Source of the DNA: Chlorokybus atmophyticus
Lineage: Eukaryota > Plantae > Mesostigma and Chlorokybus algae
DNA length: 64,000 nt
Assembly (NCBI GenBank): GCA_009103225.1
Contig: RHPI01003156.1
Span: 802,159 to 866,158, forward strand
Direction of reading: 5' to 3'
The notes beneath the pieces were generated by a model. The model had not been told where the DNA came from. It saw nothing but the letters and a program-made list of their open reading frames with translations, and did not search any database. Of this stretch, positions 1-13,494 are shown in pieces. The position numbers and the translations under genes were made by a program. Within the stretch, counting starts at the first letter, position 1. Each line of letters begins with the position of its first letter.

Positions 1-2604
1 ACGCCCTTCATGAACATGTACTTAAAAGTTCTGAAGAACCGCTCCAGCAAGTTGTTGGTTTCAATGTTGCGATGGGCGAATTGCCGCCCACAATCTGCCC
101 ACATGCCTGCGTACACATGTCCGTACTGACTGTTGGTTGAATTGAGCACTGCTGGCAAGGCTCATGCAATCAACTGCTTACCATAGCAAGGCAACCACTC
201 TTCTTGCAAGTACTTAACATTAGCTGGCTGGTTGGCGAACTTTAAGCAGAATCTCGTGCAAGTCGCTTGAAGACATCCTCATCTTGCGTCTGCTTCAAGT
301 TGCGCACGTCCGCAAGCACCTGCTTGCGCGTGCCCGCGTCTCGGACACTTTTCTTCAGGTGCCTTTCCCAATCTTGCATGAGGTGGAAATAGCACAACAG
401 CACATTTGCTCCTACTGATTGCACAGCCTTGATCTCGGCAGCGCTCTTATCCATCATGATGTTCTTGGGAAGAACGCCACTTGCAGCTGCGATAGCTTTG
501 AGAAACATGGCAATAACGGAGTGCTCCTCTGTGTTGCAGATCATGAAAGCCACCGGAACACCTGTCATATGACAACATAAAGTTGAGGTTAAGCACACCT
601 CGCACAAGTAAGAGCCTGTACGTACCGTTACCGAAATCATCCTTTATGAGCATGGTGAAGAATGGATAACCATACTTGTTGGTGCCGCCAGTTGCGTACA
701 ACAGGGCTATGTCCCTCCCAAAGATCTGCAACATTTGCCGTTGAAATTGTGTCTGAACACCAACAACCACATGGCCTTCTCTTGCTGGTGATGTCAATGC
801 TTCGTTGGTGTAGAACAAGATGCTAGTCGTTGGCAATTGCGCTACTATCTTGTCCAACGCAACAGCATCATTCTCGTCAAGGCGTGTTGCTCGTTGTAGT
901 CGTTTGTACAAGTTGAGAATGCCTTGATAGCTCAGTGTCTGCCTCGCATCCGCATATGGATTGCCATCAATTTGCTGATTCACCTCCGTGCTTAGCACTA
1001 GCACACAAAGCACGTGTTATTGCAGGTCGTTAAACTGACTGCCACATGTGCTTGGCATCATTCACTCTTACCAATCTGCACCTCCTTTGGTTTCAGACCC
1101 AAACGAAGAAGCTCCACCATCCTTTCCTCCAGCGAATGGTCAGTGTCCAAGAACTTCAAGTCCTCAACGCTATCTGCATGTAGCTGATCAGTCCGTGCTG
1201 ACACTCGCACGCGCACGTGCTGACCAATGGCATGTTGATGCACTACATCAGGTAAGCCCTTGCTAGCCGGCATGGGCATGTGTGCATGTGCTGTTGAATG
1301 CAACCAAACAGGTCATCCCGTGCATGCAAGGAGGCATGCGCACGCTCACATGCGCATGCCTCCTTGCATGCTGATGTGTGATAGGCGAGCCCGTGCTGCC
1401 TTGGATATGCGTGTGTTGCCTGCGCATGCACGTGCCGGTGTGCGCATATACGCGCATGTGCTGCCAACTGGTGCGCTGATGGTGTGCAGGTGTGAAGTGT
1501 TCCAAGCAACATACCTGGCACGTGGTTGGTATGGTTGCACACTTCCTCTATGATGGCAGCATCCGGTTCATGAGTAAGTACGGTAACTGTCAAGCGAAAT
1601 CCACATCCGCACTTTGCAGAAGCAACTGGCTGTCTCCGTTGATCGCGCGTGCTTAATCTAGCACCACCGCGCTTGCAACCATAGGTGATTTTCTGTAGAT
1701 AGTGTTTGCGCTCAGTCTCCACCTCATACCGACTCTTAGGATTGTACAACACGCGCAAGTTGACGCAATTCTCTTGTTGGTATGCTTCCAGGAACTTTGC
1801 AACATCACGGCGCAACACGGTCTTCACTAGCAGTTGGCCTAGGAGAGCATGTCATTTCAGATCAGTAGTTGAAAGCATGCATTGCAAAGAAAAGAAGCCC
1901 AACTGTGTACCTTGTGGTTGTTGCACCGGTTGAGGGGTAAGAGCTTGCAAGTGTGTTTTCGCTACTAAAGCTTTTCGTCCATCCATGAAGGTCACAGCAC
2001 ATCGCGTGCCTTGCAAGCTGGTCACAGCGCCCTCCGCCCCATAATACCGTCCATAGATGCAAACAACTTGTTCATGTACACGTTGGGGTGGGACATGATT
2101 GCCTGAATTGGAGTTTTGAGTATGTGCTCACTACAAAACATGTACGATAGGTAACTTGCATTCGGCAGCTAGGTACAAATCATTATGGCGTGTACAAACC
2201 TTTAAACATAGGATGTATGTTTGCATGCAGGACCCATTTTGTCTTGGAGTGCACTAGCTTGCTGTCACCATCCCATTGTGCTTTGTAGCGCATGTGTTCG
2301 GCATCAACGCAACGAACAATTCCCAATTTACCAGTGTGCCGGTGCACAATGCGTGCACCCTCGTGCAATGGCACACCTGATTCGGCAGTGTCTGATTGAG
2401 TCTGTTTAATTGGTGGGCCTGCATTGAGTGTGGACCAGAGAGCAAAACACAAGTTTGTCGCAATATCGTATGGTTGACATGAACAGTTTGTCAGCTGTGA
2501 CTAACACAACAACAACCTTGTATGCAAGTTATCTAACCTCTATCACACATGCCATTATTGTCGGCATTGTCTGCCTGCGTGTCTTGTCGCACTGTATGCG
2601 ACAT
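1..2604 (-). mobile_element. Mutator-like (MULE) transposase gene, multi-exon, probably inactive; runs off the window start
   Basis: Spliced minus-strand exons give a FAR1/WRKY-GCM1-type motif (KCGCGFRL...NHTNHVP), a MULE DDE core (IALLYATGGTNKYGYPF; PKNIMMDKSAAEIKAV...LLCYFHLMQDW) and YLQEEWLP...WADCGR...ETNNLLERFF at 1-240. The first catalytic Asp appears as Tyr (TAC) and there is a frameshift near 250. The start codon at 2604 is tentative. Confidence 0.85.
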
Positions 2605-3249
2605 CCCATCAGTCTTGCTACCACTGTGGTAAGCTCACACCAGACCATGTGGTTATTCTTGTTAGTCACATTCATTGCACATCACACGACAAAACAGCAT
2701 CTTAGCGTCAAAACCAATGCACGCACAACCTGCTCGGCCCAAAGCATGCAGTGCTCCGTCAAGTACATACCTTGGAAAGCAGACGCCAGCCACACCATCT
2801 GCCACTTAAACGCTACAACATCAAAGCAAGTATCTACTGTCGTTATAAGCAAGGCGACCAGATATTCAACCGCCGCCGCCAGGCCTGCCGCCGCCGCCGT
2901 CGTCGCCCGCCTCGCTGCCGCTGTCGCCGCCGCCGCCCTGCGTGGCTGCCCCTGAACACTTGATTCATGACAGGAGTGAACTAATTGTTTCGCCGCGAGT
3001 GGCTGGCGGCAGTGAACTGTTAGTTCACCGCCAAAGCTGGTGCCCGACGCCTTGGACGAGGGTCAGCCAAGACTCGCGACTTTCGAGGGAGCCGCATGTA
3101 ATCGGGTCTGGTGCTTAATATAATAGGCAGGCAGTGGAAAGGAGGCGTGTGCACGGTACGCCTTGCGAATTGAAGCGTACAATGTACGGTACATTGTGTA
3201 CGGTCTTCCCTAGTTATGAAAATCACATCTATCCTGACCCCTTTCATTC

Positions 3250-4242
3250 CACTAACGGGGGTATTCTCTTGGTGTTTAAGAGAATATGTATTCTCTTACT
3301 GTCATCAGCATAACTATGCTCTTAATGAGGTTACCGCCAGAAACATGCATGTGTGTTCATGACAATATATATGCTACTAACGAAGTGCTTTTTGAAAACA
3401 TGCTTATGGTCATAGTAATTATGTTAATGTGCGTGGTATGCGATGTATCGTAAAGTGTCGTCAACTGCAATTTAATTGTGTGAGTGGCATGCAATTGAAT
3501 GTTGTATATTGTGCAAATCTTCAGCCGCTGATTGTGCAACTTCGCCTTTTGGGAAAAGCTGCAGAATTCTGCTGCTGCTGCTGAACAACTCCTCTACACA
3601 CGCCTGCAAGTATGGTGTGGTGGGCACGGAGAAGGGGTTTAACGCGCTGACAGTGGACAACGTGAAGTGCCTGTTCCTGCCTCCCAACACAACCAGCAAG
3701 GTTCAGCCTTTGGACGCTAGCATCATTGTTGCGTTCAAAGCCAGGTACACATTGTTTTTCTTGCTGCATTGCTTTGGTAAGCAACAAGCTGTTCAATTAT
3801 GACTCTTGTGAAATGATTTGGTTCGAGGCTGTCCAGGATGTCCTCATCATCAAGACCAGTCTCGGTTTGGACGGTGTTATCCGCATGTATGAACTCATTA
3901 TGTGATAGCATCTCTGTGCGTGGAATGGGGAGATACTGCATGATGTCGCCAATTTCCACAACATCTTGCTCACATGCATCGCCGTCGGGACTGGGCGCGT
4001 GCCAGGAAGCAAGAGTGACGCCACTCTTTTTTCATCAGTTCTTTACGGCCGTGGCGGTGAGCTCGCCGTACGCCTCGAGATTCCATATAATCGCCTCTCT
4101 GAGCTGCACTTTACCTTTGCTTCGATTGGCTGTGGGGTCGGCATTGTATTGCTGCAACAAGTGTGCAACAAGCTGTCTCTCTTTGCTTGTACCTGTTACA
4201 CATCGCGGGAAAACACGTATTATACTCTAACAAACAAGGGGG

Positions 4243-4322
<80 letters not shown>

Positions 4323-6855
4323 NTGCGTGCATATTTGTGACTAAGAGTTCACACAAAGGTGTGTTGTAGTTGATTGCGAGGAGGTTGTGCCGCCGCGCAT
4401 CACGGTGGCGGAGCATAAAGTTCCCCGATGGTGTGGAGGCATTCATTGCTACCAATGACTACCCCATCTCAAAGCATCATCAACTCACATTACGTCAGCT
4501 GCGTAATGTGGTCATCAAGCATTGTATCTACGATGCTGGGCGTCAAACCCGCATCCAGAATTTTTTCACAGCGGGAGATACCGGGCATGAGGCTAGCACT
4601 AGTGGCATTGCCAATGAGCCTGTTATGGTAGAGTAGCATGCATCACTTGAGCCAGTAAGTGGTGATAATGCATGTGTTCGTCATGCTCACTTGGCATATG
4701 CATGGTAAATACTAACACATACAAATAAGTAATATGTGCACACATTTACATGCGCACACGCGCGTATACACGAACATGAACATGCTTATGGTCATAGTAA
4801 TTATGTTACTGTGCGTGGTATGCGATGTATCGTATAGACATACGTATATAATATATAGTGTTGTTATGTAGTATAGAGGCTAACAAATGGGCCAAGTACT
4901 GTGCTCATGTGCTTTTTGAAAACATTCTCCTGCACAGTTTATTCAAGCATTCTTGTTGTGCTCGTACTCAACGCCAATGCGAATGGAAGTCCATGTGCTC
5001 CTGAAACACTTTGGCCTTTTGGATGTACCAAAGGGTAGAAGTAGCAACTTCTCGGACCCGACTGCATTCACACACAACGCCACTGTGAATCTGTCCTTCT
5101 CTCTCTTTCCCCCTCGAGCTTCCTTGCTGGCAGTGACCAGTGTGCGACGGAGACAGGCTCCATAGATCACGCCTGTAACAATCAAGGCCAAATTTCGTGA
5201 TTTTCATGGCCATTTTAGGCCTTATTTGTGAGATATCATGTTTTTCATGACTTGTGGTGGATATCGGCGAGTTGCGAGTCTGCCGCAGATATCGACCGGC
5301 CCAGGGCTAGTCTTGAAGACGCCAGAAAACGGAGGGCCAGTCGAGAAGGGCTCGACCAGATTTCTGGAAGGGCCTGGCGCCAAGTAGTATAACTTGACCA
5401 TATGAGCAGCAAATGAGGAGATCTTTGGTGCGTCGGAAAGGTCTAGAAGTGTACTACAAGATTCTGCAAGAATATATTAGCTTCTAGCTCTGTCTAGCGC
5501 TAGAATCGTCCAGACAGTAGCATGTGCAGACTGGTAGGTATAAAAGTGACATTCTACAATTTGCAATACAACCTTTAGCTCCCTAGTTTTTTGTTGTGCA
5601 GGCTTGGTGGTGGTTAGCAGGAGTTGCTAGCGTGTGTCAACTGGTGTGTGCTTGCTTGTGTGACGATCCAAGGCGCTACACAAGTCGGTGTGTAGCTTGG
5701 AGCGCACGCGCGTGCGTACGCGAGTGGCGGGGCGCGCGTGTGTGCTTGGCAGAGGGGGCAAGGTTCCGGTATGAATACCGTGCCTTGGTGAGAGGGTTGT
5801 TGACTGGACCAACTCACAGGTGACAAGGCACAAGCATCGTCACAACGCCACTCTTGTCCATGTTGAAAGTGTTGCGGGGGCCATACTTCTCGGGGATCTT
5901 TGGCAAGTCCACGCGGGCCATATCCACCCCCTCTGCAACTGCATCATTCGCTTCACCGTTGGCAGATATGGCATGACGTTGCTTGCATCCACCCATGTAA
6001 TGCATTGAAATCTTCTATGCCAAGTTTGCTAGCAAAGTGGAAACTCTTCTCAATTAAGATGTGATCCGTGATGGCATTGCGAGCACGAGTTTGTGTAAAC
6101 CATGTGTACAAAGCTTCCTCTAACCTGAGATGAGCGGCAAGACGAATTTGCTTTGTAGATTCTGCAAAGTTTTCTCCTTGGGCTAACGTGTCCACTATCT
6201 TGTCATGACTATGCAACAACTTGGACAAGGCTCTCCATTTGATAACTAACCTTAACTTGGCCTTTATGTTGGCGATGAAGTCCGCTTGTTTGACGATAGA
6301 GTTGGCACACATTCATCATACAACTCAAGAATGCGCTTCTTATCCTTTAGTGAGTGATGTTGCTACGTTTGAGGGGCTGTTGGGATAACATGATATCCTA
6401 GCAAAGTATGAACACCCTCAGTATGCGCTCACGCAGTCACACTCCATACTGAAACGCACATATGAACATCACACCTTAGTAGAAGCGCCTCACAAGCTTG
6501 GTCCAACTATGCCCCTACCAGGGCGTGCGATGATTTGCTACATATAATTCTCCTGCCGGCACCTCCCCACGCGTCGCCGCCGCCGCCGCCGCCGGCTCTC
6601 GTGGGCCACCTCCAAGCCCACTATGCGAGCGCGTGGCGGCGTTAAGGCACAAGCACGCTTGTGCCTGCGCAGCGGCTACCCCGATAACAGAATATAAGCA
6701 CCAGGTTTTTGAGTCTGAAAAGTTAGCCTTTATTACGTAAGAGAATATTCTCTTAAAAAGCAGTATTTGCTTGTAAATTAATCGGTCTTTCAAGAAATTA
6801 TCATGTTAACGGGGTTATTCTCTGAAACCAAATTCTCTTAACGGTGTAAGATTGT
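3250..6855 (-). mobile_element. pogo/Tigger-type (Tc1-mariner) transposon, degenerate and internally rearranged
   Basis: CENP-B-like HTH (LEEALYTWF..., 5953-6312 -), FNMDKSG/RRTL...KDRFTVALCVNA...HNKNA (4943-6005 -), LLLLNNSSTH...LFLPPNTTSKVQPLDASII.AFKARY (about 3560-3744 +), post-DDE exon (3800-4192 -) and C-terminal RQTRIQNFF (4363-4570 +). TIR-like TAAGAGAAT/CCCCGTTA motifs at 6729-6855 and 3252-3298. Confidence 0.85.
5174..5844 (+). mobile_element. Solo LTR (671 bp) inserted into the pogo transposase
   Basis: Termini TGTAACA...GTCACA and a perfect 5-bp TSD ACGCC (5169-5173, 5845-5849). Removing it restores the transposase sequence DKSG-VIYGACLRRTL. TATAAAA near 5540; strand inferred only from this TATA motif. 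Confidence 0.85.
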
Positions 6856-7630
6856 AACAAGTTGGACACACTACACTGTCCCCCCGCCCTCCTCTTATAA
6901 GCACAGTGTCTATTGTCTAATGGAAAGGGGCATTCTGGTGACTGTGTGAGTGCCTTATATTTTTGCTAAGAGATCATGCTCAGCGGTATTTGATTACAAC
7001 TACAGTAGTGATCAGAATCTTACGTATTGAACATATTACGCTCTCGTACGCACTACATCGCAAAATGTTTCCCCTACCGGCAGACCAAATATTGGCAACG
7101 GCCGTGCACCTGAGGATACTCATTTGAACTATCGTGGCGCAGTCCACCTGTAATCTCGATACAGGGACCTAATGTAACGGCCGTCACCATCAGTCGGCGG
7201 CCGTTTTTATAAAGGGACTGACCCAGACTGACAGGAACCTGTTAAGTACCCATCAGTCAAGCAAAGGGGACTTGACCTAACCAACCGGTACCTAACAATT
7301 AGGTACCGACGACTGTACCTCGAAGGTGCCTAACCATCAGGAATCTTTGGGGTACCTTATGGTACTTTAAAGGTATCTGACATTAATGTCCCTAGTACCT
7401 ATCGGTACCTACCGGTACCGTTTAGTCATGAGCAGGTGCTGCATGCATGTGATTGTCGTCAACCATGAGAGGTGGCGAGTTACAAGCTTGACCAATTCAC
7501 AAAATAAAAATAGCAATAACCCTAGACATAACGTGTTGCTACGCTACACCGTAAACTACATTGAGCTACGACTATTACGACTACTACCCTATACTCTACC
7601 CTTATACTCAGCCGCCGCTCCTCCGCTCCT

Positions 7631-7662
<32 letters not shown>

Positions 7663-7923
7663 TCGCCGCTTCTCCTGCGCTTGGCCTGGTCGGCAAGGGC
7701 GTCAACACAGCATCATACACTATGACACATTACACATATGAACAAGCTCATCTACCATGCCTTTGAGTCGCCGCCGCCCTAGGCTGGCCTGGCCTGCAAG
7801 AAGGGCGGTTGGGTTGCGCTGTTGCACTTAACATGACATCATGCATAAAACTCAGCCACTATGTGTACACACACATTCACAAACTCACTTATTGTCGCCG
7901 CCGCCGTCGCCGCCACCACCGCC

Positions 7924-8888
7924 NNNNNNNNNNNNNNNNNNNNNNNNNNNNNNNNNNNNNNNNNNNNNNNNNNNNNNNNNNNNNNNNNNNNNNNNNNNNN
8001 NNNNNNNNNNNNNNNNNNNNNNNNNNNNNNNNNNNNNNNNNNNNNNNNNNNNNNNNNNNNNNNNNNNNNNNNNNNNNNNNNNNNNNNNNNNNNNNNNNNN
8101 NNNNNNNNNNNNNNNNNNNNNNNNNNNNNNNNNNNNNNNNNNNNNNNNNNNNNNNNNNNNNNNNNNNNNNNNNNNNNNNNNNNNNNNNNNNNNNNNNNNN
8201 NNNNNNNNNNNNNNNNNNNNNNNNNNNNNNNNNNNNNNNNNNNNNNNNNNNNNNNNNNNNNNNNNNNNNNNNNNNNNNNNNNNNNNNNNNNNNNNNNNNN
8301 NNNNNNNNNNNNNNNNNNNNNNNNNNNNNNNNNNNNNNNNNNNNNNNNNNNNNNNNNNNNNNNNNNNNNNNNNNNNNNNNNNNNNNNNNNNNNNNNNNNN
8401 NNNNNNNNNNNNNNNNNNNNNNNNNNNNNNNNNNNNNNNNNNNNNNNNNNNNNNNNNNNNNNNNNNNNNNNNNNNNNNNNNNNNNNNNNNNNNNNNNNNN
8501 NNNNNNNNNNNNNNNNNNNNNNNNNNNNNNNNNNNNNNNNNNNNNNNNNNNNNNNNNNNNNNNNNNNNNNNNNNNNNNNNNNNNNNNNNNNNNNNNNNNN
8601 NNNNNNNNNNNNNNNNNNNNNNNNNNNNNNNNNNNNNNNNNNNNNNNNNNNNNNNNNNNNNNNNNNNNNNNNNNNNNNNNNNNNNNNNNNNNNNNNNNNN
8701 NNNNNNNNNNNNNNNNNNNNNNNNNNNNNNNNNNNNNNNNNNNNNNNNNNNNNNNNNNNNNNNNNNNNNNNNNNNNNNNNNNNNNNNNNNNNNNNNNNNN
8801 NNNNNNNNNNNNNNNNNNNNNNNNNNNNNNNNNNNNNNNNNNNNNNNNNNNNNNNNNNNNNNNNNNNNNNNNNNNNNNNNNNNNNNNN
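7924..8888. other. Assembly gap (965 N)
   Basis: Run of N bases. Confidence 1.
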
Positions 8889-9433
8889 GGGGGGGGGGGA
8901 TGTTGGCAAGGTGCTGTGCATTAAATTGTTGTGGCCCACTGGGTAAGGTGCAACTTGCGCTGAGCCATTCATTTTCGCCCATTCGTCCAATTTTCCGGTC
9001 CGGTGCCACTTCACACTTCACCGATCCCGCCGCGCGCTCCCCCCCGTGCATTCGTCGTTTCGAGCCAAAAGCGGGCCAATGGCAGCTCGTCGAAGCCGTC
9101 GCGCGCCGGATACAAACTTTCAAAATTCAACGGACAGAGCGCTGGAGCGTGCCTCACCGGGTTCCTTCAACTAACCGGGTCGCCGGCACTGCATGGCGGT
9201 TAGATGCAACTCGTAAACGTCGTCTTCGACGTTTCGTTGAGCGAACGCGGTCAGGTTCGCTCGACATGCTCAGTCAGCGCGCGCGCTAAACTGTCAAGTG
9301 TCTCAGTTCGCGCTTAACCGCTGTTCATATATAATGCACTCAGCTGCCGGCATAGCATCTGTTATTATTAGCGTTTCTGTGCGGCGGTGGTGGTCTTCGT
9401 CGTCCCCGGCGTGTTTGTCGTTGTTGGCGGGGT
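8889..9433 (+). repeat. Apparently identical copy of the H1 upstream region 13974-14520
   Basis: The sequence and ORF translations match between the two copies. Both start in a poly-G run next to Ns and diverge after GTTGGCGGGGTT. Confidence 0.95.
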
Positions 9434-9649
9434 TCGGGGGGGGGGAGGAGAGGGTTATTTAAGCAGCATGCACCCAAACAAATACATTAAAAGTCAGCAT
9501 GCACGGTTTAAAGTTGTCTTAGTGGCTAGCCTAGACTACTTGCATTTGCGCGCACGCCAGCGCTCTCGTGACTGGACAACAAAGGAGCGCCGCCTCCCGT
9601 GCTGCATCCGGTTGGACACGTCGCCCGCCCACTCCATAAAAGGTAAGTG

Positions 9650-11515
9650 CGCCTCACTCATCCAGGTTTCCTTATTTCAGTTCCAAGAGCGGTATAGCTG
9701 CAGCGCTTGCACTTTGGTTTGCTGCTTCCTCTCCTCCACCAGCTTCCTCTCCGCCTCCTCCTCTTCCTTTTCTCCCTGTTGCCTTGCCTTCTCTTCAGCT
9801 GCTTTCTTAGCCGACTCTTTTGCTTCTTTTGCTGCTGTGCTTGCCTTCTGCATGCTGCTACTTTTGCTCTCTCTGCTGCTTTAGCCTCTCTTCTTGTTTT
9901 AGCTGCTGCTCTTGCTGACTTGCGTTGTTGAATGCTTTCAGCCTCCAGTCTTTTCTGCTCCTCAAGCTCTACCTGCCGGTTCCTCACTTCTTCTCCTATT
10001 AGCCACTCTGCTGTCTTGGGTTTAACTCCCTTTCTTCTTTTGGGCGGGGGTTCAGCAAGGTTCTCTTGATCTTGCATGTTTGGTGCATCTTCGTTGTCTT
10101 CTTCTTGTGATTCTTGTGCATTGGCATCTTCATCTTCCATGCCATCCAGCTTGCAGTCTAGGGCACAACGTGGACCATCAGGTGGCAGGTACTTGTCCAC
10201 CGCACAGTGATTCGAAGGGTAGATGCCTGCACACACATTGCTGAGTGCATGGCATGCTCATGCATCTGCATGCACAGGCATGCACACACATTGCTGAGAT
10301 GACGAGAAGATGGCTGCTTACCGCATGCGCGGAAGCCAGAGATGATGTTGCTGGTGCTGAGACCTGCTGGGATGCTGGGCACTAGCATCTTCAGGAAAGC
10401 TTCATTGGGCAAGCCTCTGACAGTGGGGTTTGCTCTGCTCCATGCCATGCACTCTTGCTTGTACCTTGCTTTCAGGGAGGAGAAACAGGCCACGTTCAGC
10501 ACTTGGAGGCGGTGGGTTGTAGGGCGGGGGGGGGGGNTTGTCTATGGTCTTGAGGTGATATCTGCTAACATGCCCCTCGCATATTAGCAGAGCAGGGTTT
10601 GCAGGGCTTCGGCCACCAGGCATGTTGGCTGCCAAGTGGTCAATCCAGGTGGCGAACTGTTCAGTTGTCATCCACGCATTCTCCTGCCTTGCAAGCTGGT
10701 ACCTATGGAGTGGTTCCCAAGCTGCACTCCACTCTTCATGTAACTAAGTGCCTGCCAGTATAGCTGTGCAAGGTATTGCATAGCCAGCTCCAGTCACTGC
10801 AACCGTGACAGTGATGTGCTGCCTTCATACTGCTGTTCCAAGTTGGGCCCACTTGGATTCACTGTAACACAGGGTATATTAGTTGCTTGTGTGCAGCATT
10901 GCATTCACATTGCACTCACTTCTTGACTATTACTGTTCCGTTTTTTATACAGGACTCTGGCTCAATCCCCACCTCATCACCGTTAACAATGCGTTCTGGA
11001 CCTATTTATGAGGACCTACAGGACACCCTTGAGCTGCTGATAGTAGTCTCCTTACGATCCATCTTTGAAAGGACGTCCTCTTACCGGCATCAACAGGTGC
11101 AGCTATGTGCTTGCTCAACTTGTGCCTTCACCAGAAACGCAGGACCCAATACCTCCCCAGTATGCCTTTTTTAAACTTCTCCTTCCTCCTGTCATTCTGC
11201 AGCTTGGCAACATAGACAGCAATGTACTGTTCTGTTGTTACCTGCCCTCTATTGTAGCTATACATGAGCACTTTAACTAACTCTTTTTACTCCTCCAACA
11301 CTGCGGGCCTCCCTGCACCCCTAAAACATACCAACATTGAGCATTTACTGCCACTGCTGCTGCTGCACTAACACTTACTTGTAGTCTTATACTCTCTCAG
11401 GGTGGTTGGCGCAGTCACTCAAGGTTGAGGCAGGAAGTCCACACTCACGGGCAGCTTCACAAAGAGACATGCACCATGAAGCTATTGCCTAGAGAGCTGC
11501 CAGCACCTCTGGCAT
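9650..11515 (-). mobile_element. Fot1/pogo-like DDE transposase pseudogene
   Basis: HTH_psq-like MSLCEAARECGLPASTLSD (about 11400-11515), RFW*RHKLS, PERIVNGDEVG, WMTTEQFATWIDH...NPALLICEGHVS, LNVACFSSLKARY...SNIISGFRACG and a Lys/Glu-rich C-terminus. Multiple stops and frameshifts; termini not resolved. Confidence 0.8.
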
Positions 11516-13494
11516 CAACTTCTGGCGTGCAAACTTGGTGATATATGGGACCCTCCTATGCTGGTTCTCTCTGGCTTCTTTAGCAGATGCACAAACTTGT
11601 TGGTCACACGCTTAGCGCCAGCCCCTGCTTTGCGCTTCACCTGAGGCATTAGTTAGCAACATGGGCAATGATGAGGATTGATTAAAAGACTGCCTGAGCC
11701 CATAAGCATTGCACACATATGTAGTATAGCATAGAATAGTAGTAGAGCATAGAAGTAGAAGAACACCAACCTGTGTAGAATGCTTGGGTTGGCTCATTCC
11801 CGTGTAATACAAGCGTGCTAGGCTTGCTCTCCTTGCCTTTGCAACACACTTGTCCTCCCTACCCCCCTCCCTCACCCACACCCATGCTTGCAACCAACAA
11901 CGCCCCACAGCCCAGCACCAAGCCTCAGCAACCCTAAAACACGCTTAAAACACTCACACAACAACGCCTAAGCATCCCCACGGCGCCCATATGCAATAGT
12001 TATGCCTAACTCACCGTACCACCCATTGCAACCCTCACACGTAACACCCAAAATGGTGCCAATCTAACTATGACATGTCATATCTAATTAATATAAAACT
12101 TTGTAGGAAGTTGTATATTGGCATAGGTACCTCATTGCAAAAAGCCCCATTCAAAAATCTCAAGTAACCAAAAAGTTATTACAGTTGGCCAACAAGTGCA
12201 GAATTTCTAAAAGTGGCGCCTAATTTCATACATTGAACATGTTCATAACGCGGCGCACTCATCCACATCGCGCGATGTTGGGTTCTTCCGGTAGGTCTCC
12301 TCTCAATCTAACGGCTGACGAATGCCTACCGCCAACGGAGCACGACGCGGAAGTTATAGCAAAACATCTAACTACTGCCGAAGGGCACAAACCGATATTA
12401 GGGACAGGACGGCATACGAAGCGAAAACCAATCGAGAGAATCAAGAAGCAAATATAACGTTCTGGTCACTACGGTATTCAATTGTGAGCTTGCACAATGC
12501 TCGAAATTGATAATCACTGAAAGCCTGCTTAAACCTAGCAATTACGGTCATTACATATAACAGCATCATAACTTCCGATAAAGTGTATTAATATAGTTAC
12601 ACTACGTTATATTACATGTGTACAAATAGCAAAGCACAAATTATGCTTTATTGCTATGCTGCAATGCATGAGTTTGTAAAAGCATAGTTATTGTAAAATT
12701 GCTTAACAAGTTGTTGAAGTTATTTCAAGCAAACAAAGGATAAACCTTGCGCAATGAGTGTGCATCACTTATCGCGATTTACATTGTTGATTTAAATATT
12801 TTAACCTTTTGAATTTACTGATCACATGCTCGCGCATTATGTAAAAAACAAAAACACTCCACCCCATAAGTTGCTCTCAAGCAAATGTACATGCCTTAAA
12901 GTGAGGTTTAATAATCCTTACACTCACGAAAAGTTTCATACTGAAAGTTAAGACTCTCGTAGTAACACAAAGTGTATTATCATGAAAGCAATAAGAATAC
13001 CACAATTCATACCAATTAATACGAAAGCATTTTAAACTATATCATATAATTGGCAAATTGCATGGGCCATCATTATGCGATTATAATACAATACATTCAA
13101 ATATTAGACATGAAATGTCCTTATATATACATGAGTATATTACCACAATTCTTTTCGAAATAAATGACGTGCTTTGTGCATGGTCACGTATGTGTGGTAT
13201 ATCATAAGGCGTTATTGTTAAATAATAAGATCGCATAACGCTTAGCGATTGCAAATTAAAATAGTTGCATGCAACATGCGCTTTCCCAAATTTAAATGCA
13301 CCCCCGGCATTGAATTATATGCATCATATGATAGAATGATCACCGATATATGAACATATGACAAGTACATGCACGTGCATTTTTAACCAGTACATTGGAG
13401 AGACTGCAAATTGCAGACTGCACATGTAAACAGTAATAATGTATGCTTTTTGCTCTTTGCATCCACGTACCGCATTAGCTATGTACATGTATAC

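Noticed and set aside
7809-9289. Long ORFs in the ORF track spanning poly-X
   Set aside because: They are artefacts of translating through the N gap.
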